From Monocercomonoides exilis PA203 (Eukaryota; Protista; Preaxostyla): a stretch of 64,000 nucleotides of DNA. The notes beneath the pieces are model-generated. The model saw nothing but the letters and a program-made list of their open reading frames with translations. It did no database searches and was not told the DNA's origin. Each line of letters begins with the position of its first letter. The stretch's first letter is position 1. Location: NCBI GenBank assembly GCA_001643675.2, contig LSRY02000037.1:995405-1059404 (forward strand). The letters run 5' to 3'. Shown in pieces: positions 1 to 12,593 of this stretch. A program made the position numbers and the translations under genes.

Positions 1-149
1 GAATGTGATGAATTTATTTCCGCTCATCCAGTTATATGTTGCATAACAGTAAATGGCAGCGCCTCCATAATTAGTAGAGGCAGTCAATTCATTTTTGATA
101 AACTGGCAATCATTAACCAAAAATTGACTCGGTTTGTTGCTTGGAGGAT

Positions 150-600
150 AACGAAATGTTAAAGAACCAGCAGAATCACCACCAGAATTTGCAATGCACT
201 TGCATTTGGAAAACACGAAATGAAAATTTGAATAATCATTTCCAAGAGCAAAATACCAACCAGTTCCAATGCTGCTTGTGATTTTACAACTTTCAACTTT
301 GTTTTCTGAAAATGAATAAACGGAAGATGATTGTCTTCAATCAATGCAAATTGCACCTCCGTAAGCAGCTGTACAACTTGAGTAATTGGATTTAGCTGTA
401 TTAACATTCAGCAGATATAAGCAATCTAACGCTCCAGCATAATCGCTGGTCGAACAGTTGAAATATAAACATAAAGCAATTAACAGATATGCATTTGCCC
501 ATTCAACACAAAGTACTCTTCCACAACTTGACCCTCCGTTTGAATCTTTCCATTTTCACCATTCAATGAGGTAGCTATTCAAAGCAATAAAGGACAATCG
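150..600 (-). pseudogene. Degenerate fragment of an expanded Cys/Asn/Ser-rich surface protein family, paralogous to 40690-42330
   Basis: DNA similarity to 41800-42250 (caccagaatttgcaat.cact/attgcatttgg; ataccaacc.gttcca; caccattcaa). No continuous ORF. Confidence 0.4.
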
Positions 601-1641
601 ATTTAATTTCTCTCTTTGAGTTTCGGATCCGTTATATTTTACAACACCATTTGGTGAAGAGCGTGTTTGGTGAAAAAAAGAAGCATTGAATGCAGAGAGA
701 GAAGTGGAAGATGTGTTGATGGAAGAGATGATTGAACACTCGATGGTGTTTTGAGTGGGTTGGAAGAGATAACTGAAGAAAAGGACGAGAGAGAATAAAT
801 TGTGTGATCAAAATAATTTTATATGTGTTTGCAAGCAATTCTGAGGATAAAAATACTTCAAATTTTTGATCATTCACATATGAAACGCTTTCTGTGCTTT
901 AGGTACGAAAGAAAATTGTGAAATAGGATAAATAAGAAGAAAAATATCGAAAAAGAAATTTTTGTAAAAAATATTAAAAGATCTATATTTAAAACGAAAT
1001 CTTGAAAAAGAAACGTATATACCTTTTAACATTCATCGCTATATCTATTTCACGTTAATGATTAAAGGTATTGTTTATCAACAAGGCAAAAAATGAAAAA
1101 GAATTTTGTTTGAAAATTGCTGTTGCTAAAAACGAAAAAAGCAGTAATTACCAATGAGAACTGAGCATAATGGCACAGAAGTTATCGTTGATGTTGCAGT
1201 TATTAAGAAACAGTTTGCAATTGCGAAGAAATAAACTAAAAGTTTTCAGAAGCATTTATGATTTGTATATTGGGAAAAATAAATTTTTATTTGTTAAAAC
1301 CATGCACACTTATGTTATTAAGCTCACATTTTCGATCACATAAGTTAAAATAGCATTTTAAACGAATTGTCGAATTATTCTATTTTTTCGAAGTTGATTA
1401 TTGAAAGATCAAATTTTTTTCTAAAAGAAAATCAAAATTAACTTCAGTATTTTATATAAATCTTTTCTGTTTATTATTTAATATTATTCTTTTTCATGTT
1501 TTGCACATTCAATTCAAAATCGCATGTGTATTTTAAAAATAAGCCAGTCAATTTAAATTAACAGGGGTATTTTAAAATAACACCCACAATTTTGAATTTT
1601 TTTTTCAATTTGAATTATGTGATCCAATCTGCATTGTATCT

Positions 1642-4190
1642 AATATTTGTTAAATAGAAAAAATATACTTTTTTTTAAAAAAATTGTTATAAAGCTCTGA
1701 AAACATTTGAAGAAAACATTCAATTTGCGACAATAAACATTGGGAAAGATGATCGAAACACAAGACATTTATCAGATAAATAACTGTTTGCTGTAAATAT
1801 TTGTTTGAGAAAAAAAAAAAAACAATTCTTCAAATTAGTCATTTGAATTCATTGATCAGAATTGTTGAAAAAACAAAAAAGAAAATATCACAGAAAATTA
1901 TTCGTGAAGATAGGAATTCTTTTGACTTGAATCACTTCCACCACACAACCACCCGCATTATATCTTCCTCATCTTCCTCATCTTCCTCATCTTCCTCATC
2001 TTCCTCACCCTCTATCCATCTTTCCTTCCTCGTCAGCCATGCTTTTCCAGATATCCTCTCTTTCCGTTCCTTTCCGCATGTTTGGCTACTCCTTTTCCAT
2101 GCTGACTCCCCAAGAACCCCTCGCATTTGCGATGGTTAACGCAACAAAAGGTATTATGTCTCTCAAACACTTCCCCATCGCTTCTTTGCCCTTGTCTTGC
2201 TCATTTCTGCAGATCGCCGCTGCATCCACTTCTGCTGCGCTCCCATTCACCTCGTTCTCGTCCTCTTTGCTCGCTGCCACTGCCCCAGTGGCCATCTGAT
2301 CCTGATGCAAGAACTGTGTCCGTATGAGCCTCTGCCTATAACACCAACATTGAGCGCACAAGCAACCAGCAACGAGCAACGAGCAACGAGATGGTTGCTT
2401 GGTGATTGCGGAAAGTGGTCACGATGTTGAATGATCGACCAGGAGCGAGGCAGCAACTGAACTTCTCCTTAACTGGAAAACATCGCTGGATGCTTCAGCA
2501 TGGATCCTCACCTCGTGCATCTGCTCTCACACAGCCAGCAGGGGCAACTGCCCGCTCATCTTCTGCACCCGCCCCGCGAACGCCCCTGCCACCCCCCCAT
2601 CCCCATCCCCATCCTCAACCTCCGCTTCGCCTTGAATAACTCCTTTTGTGCACATGGACGTCTTTCTCCTGTGCTCCAGCATCTCAACCCAAATCGACAA
2701 GTCCCTCTATTCCCTCGACTTCGTCCAGCCCTCTCTTTCCACAAACTCCTCAATCGGTTGCTCCTTTTTCTCCCATTCCTGCCCAAGCCTCAAAGTCGAT
2801 TCCGGTCTCCACCTCTTCACAACCTTCTTCCGCTTCCCTCATCTATTTGTCGATCATGCCACGGGCTCATGCGCTTTCCAGTTGTGCCTTTGCATCAGCC
2901 ACTCCATCACTTATATCCTCAGGATATGCGTCACATCCTTCTTCGACGCCTCGACATCCCTTGCAGACATCAGAGACATGCCTGTCTCGACAAGCCTTGC
3001 ACCGTTTTTCTTCACCACTGCCATTCCGTTTTATTTGAGCTTCTCAGAGCTTCATCCACATAAAAGGTGCCTCTCCTTCTGTTCCTCTTTTGCATCCATC
3101 CGCTCTTCCGTCTTCAACCATTAACGCAGATTCTTCATTGGATCATCCTCCTAACTGTTAACCCCCTCCAATAAGTATGTCCACCTCAACTCCACGCTAT
3201 TTGTTCTCGAAGGGGAACTCTGCACACCTCCCAGCGCACCATTCGTGCTCCCAGGGCTTCCTTCGTCTTTCTCTCCAGCATCAACCTCTTCGCCATCAAT
3301 GAAGCACCAGCCGTGTTCTTGCTCGATGATAGCTCCGACAGCTCCGACAGCTCCATTGAACGTCTCATCGCCACAGATCTCGCAGTTGTTTCAAATGAAA
3401 ATTTTCCTTCTTCACACTTTGAACCAAGTCGGTCAGAAAGACCCTTTGGCATGATGCGCCTTATTTTCACTGCCATTTTTCTCGACCAGCTCTGCAGCGT
3501 CAGGTGGTGTGAGCTTCGACCGATGCTGCCTCACGCAACAGCAGCCTTTCCAGCCCAAATTGCCCTTCTGCCCGCAGCAGCATCATCTGCTCCCACGCCT
3601 GCGAACTCAGCATCGCCTTGATCAAAGGAGGAGGCGTCATGCCACCTGAAACCTCCACATGGCACCTCAGCCGTGAATATGCTCTCCACTGCGTAGCTTC
3701 TCAACACCCTTCCCAGCTCCTCGTTGCTGCTCTCCAAGATACTTGAAAAAAAGAAAAACAAAAGCAAGAATGGCTCAGAAATCCAACGAATTCTTCTTGC
3801 TTCGTTGTCGCTTTCTGTTCTGGTCCGTTATCGTCTTCTGTTCCAACTTCTCCCCCTTTCCATTCAACTTCTTTTTTATTTTTTTTTAAATCTCTTCAAT
3901 TATTTTTTCATTTCCGATTTCCATTCATCTTATTCTGTCAAAACAAGTTCTTCTTTCTCTTTCTCTTCATTCTCTTCATTGGCTTTTCAATCTTCTTATC
4001 ATTTTTTAACAATTTCAATTTCTTCATAAATGCTTTTCTTTTTTCTTTCTGGAATAATCCCTTACGCAAATGCAAAAATGAAAGGAATCCAATCAAATGA
4101 AATGACCGATGATGATGATAAAGCAGTGTGATTTGATGTTTATGGAAATGAAGAAGAAGAGGAAGAAATGAGAAAAGAATAAGAAGAAGG
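1642..4190. repeat. Inverted duplication A, copy 1 (~2.55 kb)
   Basis: Near-identical reverse complement of 9845-12395; ORF track mirrors (3186..3476- = 10563..10853+; 3724..4029+ = 10010..10315-). Confidence 0.95.
2840..3476 (-). pseudogene. Possible highly decayed tyrosine recombinase relic (mirror of 10563-11200)
   Basis: Same sequence as 10563-11200; see that entry. Confidence 0.4.
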
Positions 4191-6959
4191 TAAATGAAGA
4201 TGAGAAGGAGTTGTTTGATAAGTACAATACGATTTTAATAATGAAAGAGAAGGCGAAGAAGATATGTACTGAAAAGAAGTTGAGAGAGGAAGAAGAGGCT
4301 GAAGATGAAAAAGTTGAAATCAAAGAAATCGGTGAATTTGAAGAAAACAAATGAAGCTCTGCAATAAAAGTGATGTGCGTTGCATTTGAACGCATGACAG
4401 AAGCTTTTTCTTACTCTGCATCGGAAGAAGAAGAAGCCACAAAAGATCTTGATGTTTTGATACAACAACATTCAGCTGACTCACAATCAATTGAATGTAA
4501 TGGCAATCAGAAGGAAGATGATATTAAAAGGACACAAATTCTCGCTGTTTCGTTCTTTCAGCAGCTGCTCCTTCAAATAGCTCAAATTTAAATGAATAAT
4601 GCTTCATCTTCAATGCTCATTCTGATAATTCTGAGGCTTTTATGTTTGCAGAATCCTTCTTAACTACTTCTTCCTTCTCTTTCACTTTCTCCTCATCTTT
4701 TTCTTCATCCATTTTGTGTTATTTCCAAAGTCTTCATCGTCACTTGTATGATCATCATTTCTGGATGTAGTCGATTGTGCGGCGAAAGCTAAGAATTGAA
4801 CGAAAAGAGACATATAGCTTCGAATTCTGTCCAAAATATTTGTCCAAATAGAATGAAACATCAGAAATGATGATGAAATTGCTGGAAATGTGGTAGAAAA
4901 CCGGGAAAAGAAGAAAAAGAAGATGATGATGATGAGGTATTACTTGTTGTTAACTGTAAGAGAGAATAAAGTTGAAGATGGAAATTATTATTTATTGTAG
5001 AAGGAAAAGGAGAAGGAGAAGGAAAAGGAGAAGGAGAAGGAGAAGGAGAAGGAGAAGGAGAAGGAGAAGGAGAAAAGAAGTTCATTTGAAGATGAATTTG
5101 AGTTTGAAACTGAGGCAAAGTCCAAGTCAATATACAATTTCTGATAATGAAAACATTTAAACAAATGTTTTAGGAAGAAGTGGAATTTTTTGGAAAAGGA
5201 TATATGAACAACAATGACGATAAAAACTTTTGCAAAGAATCAAAGAACAATCTTTAAAGGAAGTTAAGAAAGATGAAGAAAACGTATCATTGTCCCGTGA
5301 ATGATTTTTCAAAAGAAGAGGAAGAAAAAAATAGAATAAGGAGAAGAGGACGAAAAGCGAAGATAACGAACGGAAGAAGATGAGTAGGGAAATGATATTG
5401 ATGCTGATCGATCTGAATTCAACTCAAAAATTGCTTTCACAAAACATAATCACTTTATTGATTGTATTTCCTCTTCTTTCTTTTCTTCAAAAACTCCATC
5501 TCTTCCCTCATTTGCTTTTCTTTTCATCACTGATTACCCCTGGTCCTCTCTCTTCGTGTAATCTCAAATATCTCTTCAATCCATACGATATTCTTCTGCT
5601 TTCTTTATCAACTGCAACGCATTCCCATTTTTTCATCAAATTTGTTTTGCTTATTCATAAAGAGCAATTGCCAATAACGCATGCAACAACACATCCATTT
5701 TATTGTTTCTTTTGAAATGAAAAGTCTTTTCATAGAATTCTGCTGCGTTCTATTTGCAATGCATTCATTGTTCGTTGACAGGCAAAAATTCATCCAAGGT
5801 TCGGCTCAGTCGATTTTGTATCTGAAATAGTAGCAGATATTCGGATGAAATGAATAAAGTTGTTTCTCCGAAGAAATTGTAATATAATGGAAAAGGCTGA
5901 TGTGTTGTTTGATCATGTGCAAACTGTTTTGTTTGATGAAGTGCTTCAATCACACAAGTTTAAAGAAATATTGAAGAAAAAGATGTTTGTCGCAAATGAA
6001 ATGAAATGAGCCAGATGAACTCTTCAGAGGAAGATGAATGGCAAAGGCGAAGATAAAAACTCATCTGAAGAAAATTCAATTGCATGTGTTTGCTTTGAAA
6101 GTTGAAATGAACGCAAAGGAATGAAATGAAGGTGTGAAAGTTGGATTTCTTTCCAAAAGAAGAGCCAAAAGTGGAAAAGTTGGATTTCTATGAGACCACA
6201 AATAAGAAGCATTTCTCTCTGATTGAATAAAAAAATGATTAATCTACTCAGATTAAAAAGGGCAAAATTGAATTTGCATAAACATCGAAATTGCTGTTTT
6301 GACGGCAAGCTTATTTCACTCTGAAACATGAGAATTTTTTGTATATATATATTCCTTCCTTTTTGTTCAACAATTCTCAAAGACAAAGAATGTCTTCTCT
6401 TCATCAGCCAAATCAAACAATATTTGCATCTTTAAACGAAAAGACACCAAAGATCAGAAATCTGACCCATGGATGTTAATTATCAAATACTACGTTTCCA
6501 TTATTTTTAAAATGAAGTATATTCTGCTTTCACTGTGATGTTTGTCGATTCATAACAATTTTTTTCTTTCGAGAAATAATAATTTGGATCAAAAAATTAT
6601 ATATCAAATTTCTTGATCAAAATAATAATTTCAGTTTTTGAATATGAAAAGGGTTTATTTGCTTGGACTATTTTGTAATTGTTGATTCATGAAATACACA
6701 AGGTATGCTTCAATTCTTTTTCATTTAAAATTTGAGATTCGTTGATAAATCAATATTTTATTTGAATTGAATTTTTTATTGTGCAGAATGTGCCTATATT
6801 TTTAATTTGTTCAAAGATTACTCCCATAAGTTTGATTGAGATGAAAACACGAAAATCAAACGGTTTACAACTGTCTTTTAAAGAATGCAAAATTTATAGA
6901 ATAATTTATAAAAAGTTATTCAAATTTTTTGAGCTTGTTAAGTTTGCTGCAGATTTCAG

Positions 6960-7947
6960 AGCACCGTTTGTTTAGGAGCTGACAATGTGGGGATGTTCAA
7001 CAGATTCATTTGTGGGGGAAGAGGATCTTCTGATGAGAGTAATGAGATACCAGAGCGAGACGATATTTGTGTCATCAGCTGCAGAGAATCATAGAGACAG
7101 TAAGCAATGTGGAGAGTTCAACATGCCTTGTGAGTCTTTGAGTGAATGAGTTCAGCACATTATTCCATCATCTTATTCTCAGCTGCTGATCTCAGAGGAA
7201 ACAATCATCAATGGGGAATGCGAAGCAAAGGATATGATCATCCGCTCATTGCAATCTCCATCTGCTGCTTTGGTGCATCTGAACTCAACAGTTACAGGTG
7301 ATTCTGGAAATCTAATCACAACCTCAGAGAAAGTTCGGATTGAGAGTGTGAAATTCAACATTGGTCAGTTATTTTCATATTCAGGCAATTCAATTATTCA
7401 CGAAGCAAATGGCCAGCTTTCTCTTTCATTTGTTGATTTTTCTTCTGTTGACCAATCAGAAAACATCGAATCTGTGGTTCTGAATTCAACATTGTTAAAC
7501 ATCGAAAATGGAATTCTTCATGTTGATAACTGCTCGATTTCAATGCTTTCATTCCAGAAGCCTTCATTTCTGTTAAATAGAGATGAGATAAATATTACAA
7601 ATATGAAATTTGAACAGATTGAATCAACAACAGATGTATTTGAGATTGGACAATGTGGGAGTGTTGTATTTAATGGAATATCTTCAGATGGAGTGAAATT
7701 ATCTCAAGGTTGCGTCATTGTGATAAACGATTTGTCATCAGGAACAGTTCCTATTGGAATCTCCTCATTCAACAACTGTTCGAGGAATTCAAAAGGAGCC
7801 TCTTTTCTTTTTGTTTCTTCCACTCTTTTTCCTTCACCTTCGCATTCTTCAACTTCTTCAACTTCATCAACTTCTTCAGCTACTTCAGCTTCTTCAGCTT
7901 CAACAAATTCTACAACTTCTTCTTTTCGAGCGTTTTTACAGAAATGA
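6960..7947 (+). pseudogene. Fragment of a large beta-helix-like surface protein family
   Basis: 237 aa ORF 7234-7947, preceded in frame by DSKQCGEFNMPCESL and an in-frame TGA (~7147); runs out into Ser-rich low complexity. Confidence 0.5.
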
Positions 7948-8039
7948 AAAAGAAGATGAATGGATGTTGCATTTTCAATGTTAATTTTATTATCATTATT
8001 TTCAAAATAATTTTTGAAAGATAATGAATACAACAAGAA

Positions 8040-8233
8040 AAAAGAGGAAGAAGAAGAGGAAGAGGAAGAAGAAGGAGGAGGAGAAGGAGGAGGAGAAGAA
8101 GAAGAAGAGGAGGAGGAGGAGGAAGAGGAAGAGGAAGAGGAAGAGGAAGAGGAAGAGGAAGAGGAAGAGGAAGAGGAGGAAGAGGATGATGAAGAAGAAG
8201 AAGAAAAAGAAAAAGAAAAAGAAAAAGAAGAAG
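8040..8233. repeat. Purine-rich (GAA/GAG/GAGGAA)n microsatellite
   Basis: Direct reading. Confidence 0.9.
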
Positions 8234-8549
8234 AGTGCGAGGCATCGCCTTCTTCGTCCTCCCTCTTCCAGGCCATTTCTACGTGAAACTGCACCACATT
8301 CTGCCCGTCTCCCTGCAGCAGCCCAAAGCCGATTGCCCGTCTCACCTCGTTCGCTCTGCAGCTGCCTCCACGAGCTGCACCAGCATCATCACTATCCGGA
8401 ACAGCACCCACTGCCATCTGCACAACATCAAAACTTCGATTCAGCCCTACCACCGCTTTCACCACCGAAAGCACCTGCACCCTAACATCCAGCGCTGGCT
8501 AACCGTCTTCACAACTGAGCTGCTATGTGACAGGAAAAGAGGAGATCTG

Positions 8550-9020
8550 CAGTTGGCAGCATCGCACACATCTGGATGCATCAGGCACAGTGTAAAGAAA
8601 TCGTTGGTCTGGAACACCTCCAGCACCGATGCAAACGATGGCAGAAAGCACCTCGATGGATGGGATGCATCTCAGAAGAATTGTTGCGACATCGCCTGTA
8701 GCGTCTGTAGATAGCACACATTCACACAGAGAAAAGAGACTCCAGCTCTGAATTTGTGAAGCACCTGACATCGAAGACGAAGAAGTGGATGGATCTCCAC
8801 TGTATATCGCGTCAGACTACGCCTTCATCTTCTTTTCTTTACGCTTCGCTGCCTCCGCCCGGTCGTAGTTCAGCAGAAACACCTGAAACATTGACGCGTC
8901 TGCCACTCCCATTTTTGACAGTATCTTCTCAACCTCCACCAAAAAACATCTTGATCTTCTTCTCCGCTGCCCTTTCAAGCACGATGCTGAAGAACAAGAA
9001 GAACGACAGCTTGCCTTCAT
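8550..9020 (-). pseudogene. Possible decayed tyrosine recombinase relic
   Basis: LVEVEKILSKM..ASMFQVFLLNYDRA resembles LMDVKRIVNHI..SSLYLVAVHTGARA (same spacing to the Arg); AGGVPDQRFLY resembles AGYPRHLFCF of the 57.7 kb protein. Confidence 0.25.
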
Positions 9021-9844
9021 TGAACTCCATTATCAGAAATTTCCCAAACAGCCACATTAATGCAAAATACCACTTGAATTGCTTCTCCCTCTTAAATTCC
9101 CTCCTACCCTCCTCTTCTTTCTATTCTCAATCACATTCTTGTACAGCGCCTTCTGCTCGCATTTCGTCTGCAAGTGCACTTTCAACAGCGCAATCAGCAT
9201 CTTCGTTTTCGTTTTCCATCTTCTTCATCTTCTTCAGCATAGTTGCGTCTGCTCTTCCACCACCACACTAAATGCCTTACCACTTCTATTTGTCGCAACG
9301 CCTTTCTTCTCCAATCTCTTGCTGATCTCGGATCTCGTTCCCTCGCTTCCACCACCTCCTCAACCACAGCTGTTTGTTTAACTTGCAACATTTATCGCGC
9401 TCCTCACTTTCACAACAACAACCTTCCAAGAGGAGTACATCTCAAGCATCACATTGCTACCACCACAATACTCGCTGTAAACTTCTCCTTGTGCTTTTCA
9501 CACATCCCCAACGACAGAATTAAGGAAGCCAAAGATGGAACTATCCCATAACAAACAGAGAAACCAAAGAAGAAGATGTGGCAATTGTAACCTCCAATCA
9601 GCCAGTTTCCACTTGACATCCACTCTAACTGCTCCTCCTTGCTGAGTCCAGCACTTCTTCTCCTTCATCTCCTTCGCCTGCTTCATCTCCTTCATCTTTG
9701 CGTTGCGCTTCTCGCTCAGCTCCAGAATCTTCCTCTGATTCACCCGTATGATCTTGTCCTTCAACTGCTGCTTCTCTGACAACTCGCTTGTCTGCTTCTC
9801 TTTCTTTTCTCTTTCACTTCTTCATTTCTTTCTTCATTTCTTTC

Positions 9845-12395
9845 TTCTTCTTCTTCTCATTCATCTCTCACTTCTTCCTCTTCTTCTTCATTTCCATAAA
9901 CATCATATCACACTGCTTTGTCATCATCATCGGTCATTTCATTTGATTGGATTCCTTTCGTTTTTGCATTTGCGTAAGGGATTATTCCAGAAAGAAAAAA
10001 GAAAAGCATTTATGAAGAAATTGAAATTGTTAAAAAATGATAAGAAGATTGAAAAGCCAATGAAGAGAATGAAGAGAAAGAGAAAGAAGAACTTGTTTTG
10101 ACAGAATAAGATGAATGGAAATCGGAAATGAAAAAATAATTGAAGAGATTTAAAAAAAAATAAAAAAGAAGTTGAATGGAAAGGGGGAGAAGTTGGAACA
10201 GAAGACGATAACGGACCAGAACAGAAAGCGACAACGAAGCAAGAAGAATTCGTTGGATTTCTGAGCCATTCTTGCTTTTGTTTTTCTTTTTTTCAAGTAT
10301 CTTGGAGAGCAGCAACGAGGAGCTGGGAAGGGTGTTGAGAAGCTACGCAGTGGAGAGCATATTCACAGTTGAGGTGCCATGTGGAGGTTTCAGGTGGCAT
10401 GAAGCCTCCTCCTTTGATCAAGGCGATGCTGAGTGCACAGGCGTGGGAGCAGATGATGCTGCTGCGGGCAGAAGGGCAATTTGGGCTGGAAAGGCTGCTG
10501 TTGCGTGAGGCAGCATCGGTCGAAGCTCACACCACCTGACGCTGCAGAGCTGGTCGAGAAAAATGGCAGTGAAAATAAGGCGCATCATGCCAAAGGGTCT
10601 TTCTGACCGACTTGACTCAAAGTGTGAAGAAGGAAAATTTTCATTTGAAACAACTGCGAGATCTGTGGCGATGAGACGTTCAATGGAGCTGTCGGAGCTG
10701 TCGGAGCTATCATCGAGCAAGAACACGGCTGGTGCTTCATTGATGGCGAAGAGGTTGATGCTGGAGAGAAAGACGAAGGAAGCCCTGGGAGCACGAATGG
10801 TGCGCTGGGAGGTGTGCAGAGTTCCCCTTCGAGAACAAATAGCGTGGAGTTGAGGTGGACATACTTATTGGAGGGGGTTAACAGTTAGGAGGATGATCCA
10901 ATGAAGAATCTGCGTTAATGGTTGAAGACGGAAGAGCGGATGGATGCAAAAGAGGAACAGAAGGAGAGGCACCTTTTATGTGGATGAAGCTCTGAGAAGC
11001 TCAAATAAAACGGAATGGCAGTGGTGAAGAAAAACGGTGCAAGGCTTGTCGAGACAGGCATGTCTCTGATGTCTGCAAGGGATGTCGAGGCGTCGAAGAA
11101 TGATGTGACGCATATCCTGAGGATATAAGGAATGGAGTGGCTGATGCAAAGGCACAACTGGAAAGCGCATGAGCCCGTGGCATGATCGACAAATAGATGA
11201 GGGAAGCGGAAGAAGGTTGTGAAGAGGTGGAGACCGGAATCGACTTTGAGGCTTGGGCAGGAATGGGAGAAAAAGGAGCAACCGATTGAGGAGTTTGTGG
11301 AAAAAGAGGGCTGGACGAAGTCGAGGGAATAGAGGGACTTGTCGATTTGGGTTGAGATGCTGGAGCACAGGAGAAAGACGTCCATGTGCACAAAAGGAGT
11401 TATTCAAGGCGAAGCGGAGGTTGAGGATGGGGATGGGGATGGGGGGTGGCAGGGGCGTTCGCGGGGCGGGTGCAGAAGATGAGCGGGCAGTTGCCCCTGC
11501 TGGCTGTGCGAGAGCAGATGCACGAGGTGAGGATCCATGCTGAAACATCCAGCGATGTTTTCCAGTTAAGGAGAAGTTCAGTTGCTGCCTCGCTCCTGGT
11601 CGATCATTCAACATCGTGACCACTTTCCGCAATCACCAAGCAACCATCTCGTTGCTCGTTGCTCGTTGCTGGTTGCTTGTGCGCTCAATGTTGGTGTTAT
11701 AGGCAGAGGCTCATACGAACACAGTTCTTGCATCAGGATCAGATGGCCACTGGGGCAGTGGCAGCGAGCAAAGAGGACGAGAACGAGGTGAATGGGAGCG
11801 CAGCAGAAGTGGATGCAGCGGCGATCTGCAGAAATGAGCAAGACAAGGGCAAAGAAGCGATGGGGAAGTGTTTGAGAGACATAATACCTTTTGTTGCGTT
11901 AACCATCGCAAATGCGAGGGGTTCTTGGGGAGTCAGCATGGAAAAGGAGTAGCCAAACATGCGGAAAGGAACGGAAAGAGAGGATATCTGGAAAAGCATG
12001 GCTGACGAGGAAGGAAAGATGGATAGAGGGTGAGGAAGATGAGGAAGATGAGGAAGATGAGGAAGATGAGGAAGATATAATGCGGGTGGTTGTGTGGTGG
12101 AAGTGATTCAAGTCAAAAGAATTCCTGTCTTCATGAATAATTTTCTGTGATATTTTCTTTTTTGTTTTTTCAACAATTCTGATCAATGAATTCAAATGAC
12201 TAATTTGAAGAATTGTTTTTTTTTTTTCTCAAACAAATATTTACAGCAAACAGTTATTTATCTGATAAATGTCTTGTGTTTCGATCATCTTTCCCAATGT
12301 TTATTGTCGCAAATTGAAAGTTTTCTTCAAATGTTTTCAGAGCTTTGTAACAATTTTTTAAAAAAATATATTTTTTCTTATTTATCAAATATTTG
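9845..12395. repeat. Inverted duplication A, copy 2
   Basis: Reverse complement of 1642-4190 with only scattered substitutions. Confidence 0.95.
10563..11200 (+). pseudogene. Possible highly decayed tyrosine recombinase relic
   Basis: Collinear blocks over two frames with stops: FETTARSVAM ~ VHTGARAVTL; YLLEGVNS*EDDPMKNL ~ ITIEGNEEEEKDDDPIYRL; TGMSLMSARDVE ~ TALIMSNQDAE. No HxxR recoverable. Confidence 0.4.
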
Positions 12396-12593
12396 TATTT
12401 GAAATAAATAAATTATATTATGGAAATTATTGAGATCATGCGGAATTAACAATGGAATTCATGTTTTGTTCTGTTTATTGAAGCTTTGATTATTTTTTGG
12501 ATGAGATTTTTTTCCTTTTTCAAATTTTGTAATAAAAGCAATTCGAAACAATTTTTCATCAATCAATCAATGATGATAATAATAATTATTTAA

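Noticed and set aside
7704-8485. Poly-Glu/Ser/Lys ORFs here and at 4861-5160 and 28367-28645
   Set aside because: By-products of GAA/GAG microsatellites open in several frames.
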